A stretch of 63,579 nt of DNA, counting the filler, from Olpidium bornovanus S191 (Eukaryota > Fungi > Olpidiomycota), in NCBI GenBank assembly GCA_017911155.1. It is 25 parts of 25 records of this genome, joined end to end, with 100 filler letters (N's around TTAATTAATTAA, not from the genome) between each part and the next. Parts side by side here need not be neighbours in the genome. Positions count along the whole stretch, not along the records: positions 31,055 to 36,957 come from JAEFCI010003383.1; positions 37,058 to 39,327 come from JAEFCI010006396.1; positions 39,428 to 42,891 come from JAEFCI010008387.1; positions 42,992 to 44,096 come from JAEFCI010005319.1; positions 44,197 to 51,990 come from JAEFCI010003909.1; 20 more parts are not named here. One strand, written 5' to 3'. Below the pieces are notes generated by a model, which saw only the letters and a list, made by a program, of their open reading frames with translations, was not told the DNA's origin and made no database searches. Positions 35,828-46,003 of the stretch are shown here, piece by piece. Every line of letters begins with the position of its first letter. The first letter of the stretch is position 1. Position numbers and translations under genes: made by a program.

Positions 35828-36426
35828 CAAAATTCAGTGGTTCTGACCAACCGCGCGTCCGTCGTCGCGTACGCGTGAACATGACGCGCGCAGTGCAAAA
35901 AAATCGCAAAAAAAGCTTCGCGCGCAAAAAATCGCAAAAAAAAAGATCGGCGCGCGCGCATCCGCAAAAAAAAAGATCCGCGTGTCGCAAAAAAAAGTTT
36001 CGTGAGCAAAAGATCCCAAAAAAAGTTCTGCGCGCGAAAATCGCAAAAAAAAGTTCCGCGCGGACAAAATCGCAAAAAAAGCTTCGCGCGCAAAAAATCA
36101 CAAAAAAAAGATCGGCGCGCGCGCATTCGCAAAAAAAAAAGTTCCGCGTGTCGCAAAAAAAAAGTTGCGCGCGCAAAAGATCCCAAAAAAAGTTCTGCGC
36201 GGGAAAATCGCAAAAAAAAAGTTCCGCGCGGACAAAATCGCAAAAAAAAAGAAATCCGTGCGTCGCAAAAAAAAAAGCTCCGCGCGCAAAAAATCGCAAA
36301 AATCCGGGCACGCGCATCGCCGAAAATCGCAAAAAAAAACTTCACGCGCAAAAAACCGCAAAAAACCACACAAAATCGCAAAAAAGAAGTCTGACAAGGC
36401 GTCAAAATTCAGGGGTTCTGACCAAC
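35828..36426. repeat. A-tract/CG minisatellite (about 27-bp subunits, 166-bp higher-order repeat) bracketed by 24-bp direct repeats
   Basis: Subunit AAAATCGCAAAAAAAGYTYCGCGCG. Higher-order copies start at 35915 and 36081. Flanks are CAAAATTCAGKGGTTCTGACCAAC at 35828 and 36403. Confidence 0.9.
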
Positions 36427-36726
36427 GCAAAAAAAAAGACAGAAAAGGAACTATACGTCAGAAGCGGCAGCAGAAAAAAAAAAACAAAAGAGAGAGAAAG
36501 AGAAAAAGAGAAAGAGAGAAAGAACTTCCCTTACCTTCCTTCCAGCATGGAGCCTTGGCGATGGGGGCCATGGCGGCCATGGCGGCCATGCCGCCAGGGG
36601 TCTTAGGTTCATTCTGGAGGCCTCCAAGCGGCCTACCGAACAAGCCTAAACACAGTCTGGTCTTGTGCCTGTGGGACAAGCTGTGTGGATTGGAAATCAG
36701 CATACATGTTTAAACAGTGCTAAAAG

Positions 36727-36918
36727 TGTTGAGTGTTGTGTGCACGCACAATGCGTTGCCAAACATGTATTATATAGTCTTATTTTCTCTTTCTCGTTTG
36801 AATCCCGGGCTGTTAGTTGGAACCCCATATTGTTGTATGCTGTACTTTACGCGTTTTCTCTCTCTTCTGAATACACCGTCCACCGCGGCGAAACACAAAA
36901 CCGAAAGGTTATGAGCCC
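36727..36918 (+). mobile_element. Probable 5' LTR plus PBS of a third copia (internal part beyond contig end)
   Basis: GGTTATGAGCCC at 36907-36918 is a full Ty5/copia-type PBS. TGTTG at 36727 is the putative LTR start; the LTR end lacks a clean CA. Confidence 0.6.
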
Positions 36919-37556
36919 AAGCGGACTTTGATCTCTTGACGGCCCCCGCAGCTCCTCNNNNNNNNNNNNNNNNNNNNNNNNNNNNNNNNNNNNNNNNNNN
37001 NTTAATTAATTAANNNNNNNNNNNNNNNNNNNNNNNNNNNNNNNNNNNNNNNNNNNNCATGCGGCGGCGGCGAATTCCGCAACTGAACGCGTCATTAGCA
37101 ACCACCGGTCCGTTGACTTGTCAACTCCGCCAGCGCAAACCTCACTCGACGCGTTTGAGGTGCTGTGGTTTTACCCTTTCGCCGCACGCGCGAGAGTGAA
37201 ACAGAGAGAGAAACAGAGAGGAAAAGAGAGAGAAAGAGAGAGAGAGAGAGAGAGCGAGAGAGCGAGAGAGAGAGAGAGCAGGAGAGAGAGCAGAGAGAGA
37301 GGAGGGACTCGCTCGCATTGACGTCATTCATAAGGGAGCCTGGGTGCGGATGGGCGCGTGTTTACTTCTTTTGAGGAGCAAAAAATCACGTGAAAGTCAC
37401 GGGCGGTGGGCTCTTCTCGCAAAGGGTGGCCCCCGCCTTTCCCCCCCCTCCCCCCCCTGCTCCCCCCCCTTCTTTTTCTCCCCGAACCCAACCGACCCAC
37501 CACCACCCAGCCAGCCACCCCGACCGCCCGGGTCAGGGAGAGAGAGAGACAGAGAG

Positions 37557-38795
37557 ATGCTCCTGCGGGCGCGCCACCTGCTGGTCCCGCCGGGGACGCC
37601 GCAGACGGCGGAGAGGAAGGAGGCCGTGCAGAGGTACCTGGCCGAGAACGGCGCAAAGACCTCCGCCGACCTCGACGAGTCCTTCCGGAGGAGGAGGAGG
37701 AGGAGCGTGTCCGGATCCACTAGGAGAGCCGCCGCTGCCAGGGGCGAAAGTGCACCCGGCGGCGGCGGCGCGTCGGCTGTCAGGCCGACGCGTTCCGCGA
37801 CATATTCCTCTTCCTCCTCTGCAGCGGAGTCCGCGCCCACGGCGGCCGCGGCGCTGGCGCCGAGCGCTCCCTCAGCGCGCGCGCCGTCTCCGAATCCCGT
37901 CCGGGACGCCGCGGGGGACGACGTCATTTCCAAGATCGAGATCGAGTCCAGGCAAGACTGGGTTTACCTCAAGGAAAAGTTCAGACGCGCCGTCGTCCGG
38001 AGGGCGAAGAAGCACGTCGAGAGGCTGCACCCCTCCGGAGGGGGGGGAAGAGGAGGACGAGGAGGAGGAGGAGGAAGAGGAGACGAAGGAAGCAGCAAAA
38101 CGAAACGGAAAGAGGGAAATAGCGCTGGGGAGAATTTCGACAGTGAGGAGGACGGTGCAGGGAACGATGCCGTTGAGGAACAGGTGTTGAAACACGTCGT
38201 CCGGGCACGCAAAGAGGTCATGAAGCAGATCATGCCGATCCTGGATAAGGTGAGCGAGGGGGTGAAACGCGGACGTCGTCAACTGTTGGAGGCTTAGACG
38301 CAACATAAGCGCCACGATTGCGCGGGAAGACATCGGGGGCGGACGGGAGAGGAAAATGATTTGAACTTCGTCCACCCAGAGATGTCGCGTTTCCCTGTCA
38401 CCTTTTTTTGGCCCATGTTTTTTCCCCCCTCCTCTTCTAAAGCCGCTAACGCCGTCTCGCCGCCACGCGCAAGTGGGTGGATGACGCTTTCGACTGCGTC
38501 GCGCACGGCGTTTTGATCAACGGGTTGCCTTACGACCGGGAAGCGATGAACCAAGACACAGACGACGAGGGCGTCGAGCCGCCCGACGATGACCTCCACC
38601 GGCGAGCCGGAAACGCGGACCGGGAGCGACGAATGCTGGAGCGGCGGGGGGGGCGAATGCGTACAACGTTCCCGAGGGAAATTCGGGAGCTCGCTGAGGA
38701 GCACCTGCGCCTGGCGGCGATGGAAGGAGAGAAGGAGGACAGAGAGGGTGGAGGCGGAGCGGCGGCAATGGAGGTAGATAACGACCAGACCGCAG
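37557..38795 (+). CDS. Kinetochore MIS12-complex subunit Nsl1/Mis14-like, 3' partial
   Basis: SKIEIESRQDWVYLKEKFRRAV; WVDDAFDCVAHGVLINGLPY; VEPPDDDLHRR...RMRTTFPREI. Follows the Mis14 pattern (KIEL.S..D..YL; SING; EP.D; RR..P). Confidence 0.62.
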
Positions 38796-39264
38796 GTGAG
38801 CGGAGTGCTTTTGGTGGCCGGCGGGCTTCTTTTATTGTGTTCTTCGGCAAAAAAGTTTCCCGTTATTTCCCGTCCTTCGCTCGACCTCTTTTTTTGGCCG
38901 AATCAACCACTTCTTTCCTCTTTTCCTCGTCGTCTCTTTGTTTGATTTCCTGTTGTTGCCTTTTTCTTACGTTATCGCCGTTACGACGATGGAAGGAGAG
39001 GAGGCGGACAGAGAGGATGCGGGCGGAGCGGCGGCAATGGAGGTAGATAACGATCAGACCGCAGGTGAGCGGAGTGCTCTTGGTGGCCGGCGGGCTTTTT
39101 TATTGTGTTCTTCGGCGAAGGTTTTTCTGTTATTTTCCGTCCTTCGGTCGACCTCTTCTTTTTTTCGGCCGAATCAACCAATCTTTCCTCTTTTCCTCGT
39201 CGTCTTTCTTATTTTGTTTTAATTTCCTGCTGTTGCCTTTTTCTTTTGTTATCGTCGTTACGAT
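38718..39264. repeat. Diverged 269-bp tandem duplication of an exon end, donor site and intron
   Basis: Copies start at 38718 and 38987. Both contain ...GAYCAGACCGCAG|GTGAGCGGAGTGC and differ by many substitutions and indels. Confidence 0.9.
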
Positions 39265-39427
39265 CTCCTATTTGTTTTTCGTCTCTCATTTGTTACTTCA
39301 CTGTTTTGCCTGTTTTACCGCGCCATGNNNNNNNNNNNNNNNNNNNNNNNNNNNNNNNNNNNNNNNNNNNNTTAATTAATTAANNNNNNNNNNNNNNNNN
39401 NNNNNNNNNNNNNNNNNNNNNNNNNNN

Positions 39428-40060
39428 CATGTTTGGAGCGATCGGGGTAAACCACGAGCGCGAATGCTGTCGGACGCGTGTCTGTGCGCGCGCGTTTTCT
39501 GCGTGCTATTGCGAGACACTTCGAGTCAGTCGTGGTGCACGCGGTGGGGACGGCATCAAGCCAAAAGGAAATCAAATTTTCACAGCGGCCCGGTAGCAAT
39601 TGTCCCGTTGACTTCGTCGCCTTCCTGGATTACCACTCGTCCGTCACACTTGAAGTGCACGTCGATGTTGTTAATTGTGGCGGTTGCGACGGAGAACAGC
39701 GGCATGCTGCGCTCCGGGGCGTGGAGAACGGTGGAATCAGCTGCTGGTTTAAGAACAAGCATTGGAATGGCGCCAACCGCTTGGGCCTTAATGATGTGAT
39801 CGTCGGCTAAACTAATGGTACGCGTCGTTGCCTTATTGCATATCTTTCCTGAGGCATCGGGAACGATGTGTTCCGTTGCGCCTGTATCGATCAAGAAGCA
39901 GGCCGTTTGCTCGAGCGCGTTGGGCGTTGTGCGTATGATCGTTTCAGTAGATTGATATGCCGCGACGTTGGCATATGCTGGCGGGTTTGGCAGTGGTGGC
40001 GTTGGCAGTGCTATCGGCCGGCGCTGCGCAACACACGCAAGGGAAAGCGTCCGTGTTGTA
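39428..40060 (-). mobile_element. Decayed copia-type gag end / protease fragment
   Basis: CFLIDTGATEHIVPD...ISLADDHIIKAQAVG...VLHAPERSMPLFSV (copia protease pattern), with a degenerate CVCCAAP knuckle upstream. Confidence 0.75.
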
Positions 40061-40540
40061 TAAGCTCTCTTTCTCCCGTTTGTGGTCTGTATTTCGGTGC
40101 ACGTCGGGCGTTTTGTTCGGTTCTACAACACGTGGAAACCCATTCCGTGCCCGCCCTGTCCAACGCATTTTATACGGCTCTTCTGAAACTCGGTCCAGAC
40201 GTAAGTTTCAAGAGCCTCAACACCCTGAGCTTGCTTTACAAAAGGAGTCTGGGATCGCTTGCTTCCCTGGGGGGGGGGAGGGGGGAGGGGTCACTACTTG
40301 GAGTTCCGAAATTCGCCAGGTCAAAATTGGCATGTGTCTGTGTGGGAGAAGATCCTTTCTGCGCTGTGATTCGGTTAACGGCGCCGCGGCATTTTCGGCG
40401 GAGGCCCCGCCCTGTCCCATTTGATGCTCATGTGCGCCAAAGATTCAGGGGTTCTGACCAACCGGCCCTTCCCGACGCACCGTCAAAAAAACCGACACGC
40501 CCGCCGGCCAGAGCGAGAGCGGGCAGGCGAGACGACAACA

Positions 40541-40561
40541 ATGTCTGCTGTTCGGCGGGTC

Positions 40562-40592
<31 letters not shown>

Positions 40593-42553
40593 CGACGGCA
40601 GCAGCGGCAACAGAGAGAGCGGCCGGCCGTGCGCAGACCTGCTCAGGCACGGCGGCCCCGCCGTTTGCGGACTCGCGCGTCTGGGCGACGGCGGGAGCCG
40701 CGAGCGCGGCGACCCGGGCCGCCCTCGCGTCGGGGCGCGCCGTGGCCTTCGTCGGCGGGGCCAGCCGCACCGCCGACGCGCCGCCTGGTTCCGGACGGGA
40801 GGACCCGCGCGAGATCTCCGCAGCCGCCGAGCGCGAAGCGGGCGGACGAGGCGCGCGGACTGGCGCTGCGACGCCGCGCGGCGTGCCCGGCGCCCGGCGG
40901 CGGTGGCGAAACTTGCGGGCCCGGTGGTCCCGCGGCGGCGGCGGCGGGCGCGCTTCCCCCGAGGCCTGCCCGTGCCGCCCGAAGGCGGCGGTCTCCCTCC
41001 GGACCCCTTGCGCCGCGGTGTCCGGGACGACGACGCTGCCGACGCCCGCGTCCCGCAGTGCGCGGCAGGCGGGTCTCGCGAGGTGGACCTCGCGCCTTCC
41101 GCCTCCGGCGCGTCGCGCGGCGTTTTCCAGCTGCCGGGAGCGCGACCAAGGGGCCGCGGCCGGTGCCGACGGCAAGCCCCTCGCGCGTCAGGAGGCGCGT
41201 CAGGAGCCGGTAGAGCAGCCGGACCGCGTTGCGACCGTGGCCCTCCCCCACACGGAGCACAGCACCCTCCGGGAGCGCCTCGGCGTTTTCATCGACAATC
41301 TACCGTCGCAAGCGACGGCCGAGGACCTCGGTCTGCACTTCTCGCGGTTTGGCCGCATCGAAGAGGTGCGCCTCTACAACAGTTCGGGCTCGACTGGCGG
41401 GTATGGGGTCGTCCAGTTCCAGAACGCGGCACACGCGCAGCGGGCGGCCGCCGAGACGAACCCGACGGAGTACCAATGCCGCTTGGCCCCCGTCCAATCC
41501 ACGCCACGGCCTTTCCGGTCTTCTGCGTCGGCACGCGGCCACGCCGCGCGGCACCAGCCCGCGCGGATCGTCGTGGCGCACCTGCCCTTCGACGTCACAG
41601 TCAAGGAGCTGCGCGCGTACTTCTCGGCCTTTGGCGAGGTCCAGTACGTGCATCTCCCCAAACAGCGGAAGGGCAAACCGCCGCGCGCGTACGTCATCGT
41701 CTCCTTTTCAACGACCGAGGGCGCGAGAAAGGCGGCGGCCGAGGCGCACGGGAAAGAGCTGCGGAACCACGTGCTGTACGTCAAGGTGCTCGACGACCGC
41801 GCGCGGCGGACACACGCTGACCGGGAGGTTACCAAGCGGGCCACTGTGCGCGTCGTCAACCTGCACCCGCGGGCGACGGCGGAGAGGCTCCAGGGGTTTC
41901 TGGGCGTTTTCGGCGAGGTCGAGGAGGTCGTCCTGCCGGTCGACCCGGCCGACGGGTCGGCGTGCGGCTACGCGCTGGCGCGTTTCGTGCGGCCCGTGGA
42001 CGCGGACACCGCCGTCCGCGAGGGTTCGGGGGCGGAGTTCCTGGGCCGTCCGGTCATAATCACGCGCAGCCGCGGCGGCGCGCGCGCCGGCGGACGCGAG
42101 GCGGCGGCGGCGGCGGCGGCGGCCGAGGTCGACGAGGCGCCGCCGGCCGCGGACGTGCGCAGCGTGTACGTGAGCAACCTGCCGAAGACCGCCGGCGCCG
42201 GGGACGTCGGCGGCCACTTCCGGCGATTTGGCGAGGTCGCCGCCGTCCACCTGCCGCCGTCCAAGCTCGACGGCCTCCCCGTCGGCTACGGGTTCGTCGA
42301 CTTCGCCACGCCGGAGGAGGCGCGGGCGGCCGTCGAAAAAGCGGACGGGACCGAGTTCGCCGGGAGGACGATCCGCGTGCGGCTCGAGAAGACCAGGACC
42401 GCCGCGGCCGGAGAGGGGTACGGCGAAGGCCGGCGCCGCCGCGGCAGCCGCCCCCCGCGGCGGGAGACGCCGGGCCCCGGGGAGGATCGCGACGCGCGCG
42501 ACGCCGCCGCCGCCGCTGCGGACGGCGGTCTCGGCGGCACATCTCGAGCCTGA
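40541..42553 (+). CDS. Intronless RNA-binding protein with four RRMs and a long Ala/Arg-rich N-terminus
   Basis: One ORF. RRMs begin at VFIDNLP, IVVAHLP, VRVVNLH and VYVSNLP, with RNP1-like GYGVVQF, AYVIVSF, GYALARF and GYGFVDF. Confidence 0.85.
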
Positions 42554-43084
42554 TTCCGGGCCTTCGACTGGTTCGAGCCCGCGATGGTTTGAGGCTTGAA
42601 GCATGGCTTCCCTTTCCCCTCCCCCTCCCCGCTCCCCTCTCCCAAGATGTGCCCCGGGTCCCACGGAGTTACCACAGGGACGACGTGTGGGAATCGGCAG
42701 GCGGAACAGTGGACTTTGTCGGGGATATTGTTGGGTCCGTCGATCACCGGGTCCACGCGCGTCCCTGCGCCATGGAGCCGAGCAGGACTCAGTTGCCTGA
42801 AAACCACCGAGCAAGGACTCTTTGCCTGGAAACCAACGCTCCTGTCTGAGCCGGGAAGCGATCGAGGACAAAAGGGGGGGAAAAGAAGAGANNNNNNNNN
42901 NNNNNNNNNNNNNNNNNNNNNNNNNNNNNNNNNNNTTAATTAATTAANNNNNNNNNNNNNNNNNNNNNNNNNNNNNNNNNNNNNNNNNNNNCCGCAAACG
43001 CAGCCGTGACTTTGACGGCTACAGGCGAGTTATTTCTTTTTTGCCACCCCTGTAACCGTCTTCCGCATTGCACGTATTTTACAG

Positions 43085-44096
43085 TGGCGGAAACATTGCC
43101 GCTGCCGTCATGTACAAAATATTGGATCACGACCGGCACATTCCGTCGCCGAGCGGAATAGTGCTCGTGTACCCTTGTCTGGATTTCAATATCACCTCGT
43201 GGATGCCACCGGAGCAGCTGCAGCTGATTAGGGCAGCGTCGATGTGGAATCTGCCGGGCATAATGGACTCGAAAAACCACCTATCCCACAAGTCCCCGCT
43301 GGCCGTCGTTCCTGATAAGCAGCACCGTTTCCGGACGTACCTCAACACCAACATCGAAGATACGATCACTCACCGCGGAAAAGGCTGCACTTTGCCCGCC
43401 GGCCGGGAGTTTCGGACGCCGGAGGAGCAACGACGTCCGTCCAGCACCGCCCCGGCTGCCGCCGTTGCCGGCAAGGCATTCTCGCGGACGGCGACCGCGG
43501 TCGGGACCCGCCTCGCGATGACCAGCCGCATGAGCTTCTTCGAGGACAGGCTCATAACGCCCGACATGGTAAGGCGGGCAGTTCCTCAAAAATATGCGCG
43601 TCGGCATTTCTGCAGCGTCGTTTGTAAACCGTTTTTGCTCCGCTTGGCCAGATGCGAGCCATGGCAATTCTTTACATCGGTCCGAACGCGGCGCCGGACT
43701 TCGCGAAGGACTACTATCTGTCGCCGATCGTGGGGCCGGACCGCCTGTTGGAGCGCTTCCCACCTGTTTTCATGATTTGCGGCGAAAAGGACCCGTTCGT
43801 GGACGACACGGTGGTTTTTGCGGGCCGGATCCGAAACGCGAAGCGCAACGCGTGGAAGCGGAATCGCGGCTCGCTCCTCCGCAAGCTGCCCAGCGTCTGC
43901 GAGTCGCCCTCCAAGGAGGAGGAGGACGGCGGCATCACGTTTCAGGCCAAAGGATCGCGCCAGCCGGCGTCCTCGGAGCAGAAGGGCGTCACCCCTGCGC
44001 CGCCCGGCGACGACGGCCAAGACGACTCTGAGGAATTTAACGAGTCGGACCACTGCACGGTTAAAATTCTCGAAGGGATGTCGCACGCGTTCATGC
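43085..44096 (+). CDS. Hormone-sensitive lipase-like alpha/beta hydrolase (fungal type), internal part
   Basis: GGNIAAAV; GIVLVYPCLDF; RLAMTSRMSFFEDRLITPDM|MRAMAILYIG; YYLSP; FPPVFMICGEKDPFVDDTVVFAGRIR; ILEGMSHAF (catalytic D and H motifs). Confidence 0.92.
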
Positions 44097-44196
44097 NNNN
44101 NNNNNNNNNNNNNNNNNNNNNNNNNNNNNNNNNNNNNNNNTTAATTAATTAANNNNNNNNNNNNNNNNNNNNNNNNNNNNNNNNNNNNNNNNNNNN

Positions 44197-44950
44197 CATG
44201 TTAGGAAAGGTTTGCCAATGGACAGAAAACCCCTACTTTGATATTCGGCGCGTAAACAGAAAAGAAAAACAAGAAGATGATGTGTTGTCTAGTTGTTATG
44301 GCAGCGAAGCATCTGAAGTTTACCATTGTAAGGCAGTGCGTGTAGAGGATAAATAAAACTTCTTGGATAATAATTGGGGGAGTTGTGATGGAACCAACTG
44401 CCCCCATCTGAACTAGCCATTTTTGATATAATGATTTTCCCTTGCACACACGGCAATTTCGTACAATAGAATTCTTCATCAGATACATGATGATACATTT
44501 AATGAAGAATTTAGGTGACCACCGCCTCGAAGGCATGGAAGATAAAGGTGAATTGAAACGGGAAAAATTTATACATAATCAGGCTGGATACTGAGAAAAA
44601 ATTATCTTGTGTAAAGGTAAAACATGGTCTATCCCTGATAAAAAGAAAATGTTGACACCGGAATGATTGCCAACCTTGGAAAAGGCAAGAGCTGCCGCAG
44701 CCAAAAAAAAAGTTGCCAAAGGAGCAAAAACTCAAGGACAATGAGGAAAAAGCAAAAAATGAAATTATTAAAAGCATCAAGCAGGAAGATACAGAGGATG
44801 TTCTGGTTGAAGTTGTCATTGAAAAGGATAGACTATGACCCGGAAATATTGCAGAATTTGTTTTACCACCAAGCAAATATAATTGAACAATGTTCTAAGG
44901 CATTACGTGACAATATTCTAATCGTGATAGATGGTGCTGTTACCTCCAAA
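44197..44950 (+). pseudogene. AT-rich decayed coding remnant, probably transposon-derived
   Basis: Composition far below the surrounding GC. Protein-like stretches (WGSCDGTNCPHL; LEKARAAAAKKKLPKEQKLKDNEEKAK) are broken by many stops. Family not assigned. Confidence 0.35.
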
Positions 44951-45821
44951 TGTACCTTTTTTTGGGCGGTATTTTTGTTTTGACGGGCCGCCGGCTTTTT
45001 CTTTTTTTTTTTTTTTTTGGGCGGGCGATCGTATTCTTTTTTTGCCTTTTGTAGGCGGCCGCCGGCGTACCTTTGTAAACTATCTTTGCTATATAATTGC
45101 CGACCGTCAGCCGTCTTCCCCTCTCCGAAGGAGAGGGAAGACGTTGCCCGGAGCACGGGACGTGGACCTCGTCGGCAATGGTGCTCCAGGTTCTTAGTAG
45201 CACGCGGGCCACCCCCGCCCCCAACAACCTCCACCTCAAGTAAAAAAAAACTCCCAAGCGCGCAAAAACCGAATTACCCACTTATGACGCGGATAATTTT
45301 TCGCGAGTACGGCGGTCTCCGGGTCGGGACTATGGGACATTACCCATTTGCCGGGTTCCCCGCTCGCTAAGGGAGCGTTTCCCCCGGACACCGGGGACTT
45401 GGCCACTCCGTGAGGCCGTAGTTCCCTATTCACCGCTAGACCCCTTCAGAGGTTTCGGACCGGGGCCCCCTGCTCATCGTCGCGCACCGAACCCTGAGGT
45501 GGCTAGAGAGGTCATACCCGTTTGGCGTATCCGAATTGCAGCTTCGCCAGGGCAGCAAGTGTTTTGTTTCGTCCCGACCCGGAGGAACCACCGCGGTAGA
45601 TCAGGGCTCTCTGCTCGTGATTTCTTCGCTGGGCGGAAAGGGGGATACAAAACGTTCGCCGTGCGGTGGTTGTTGTGGCCTCGTCGGTCTTTTAAGGTAG
45701 GAGGGGTCTTTCGGGACGCGTCACTCCGGACCCCCGCCCGGCGTCGAATGGTTGGTCTCGTCCCTGTCGAGGGGTTTCCCTTTCCCCCGTGCGGTTTTGT
45801 GTGGGTTGCACCGGCTCGTGT

Positions 45822-45981
45822 TTATTCTCAAAATCACGTGTTATCAGGTGTTCTGGCGGGGAAAACCAAGGAATCTTCTCACCGGCCGCCGGCAGGGAAA
45901 ATTATTCTCAAAATCACGTGCTATCAGGTGTTCTGGCGGGAAAAACCAAGGAACCTTCTCACCGACCGCCGGCAGGGAAAA
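45822..45981. repeat. 80-bp tandem duplication just upstream of ATG 46004, each copy with ATCACGTG
   Basis: Copies start at 45822 and 45902 and differ at only a few positions. Confidence 0.92.
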
Positions 45982-46003
45982 CGAACACCACGAACGCAAA
46001 AAA

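Noticed and set aside
35533-36606. Long Lys/Arg-rich (histone H1/protamine-like) and Phe-rich ORFs
   Set aside because: By-products of the A-tract satellite. Tract lengths vary by non-multiples of 3, and ORFs are open in most frames on both strands.
45320-45440. HDV-like ribozyme
   Set aside because: The P1/P3-like order is present, but there is no GG for P1.1, no recognisable P2/P4 and no catalytic J4/2.
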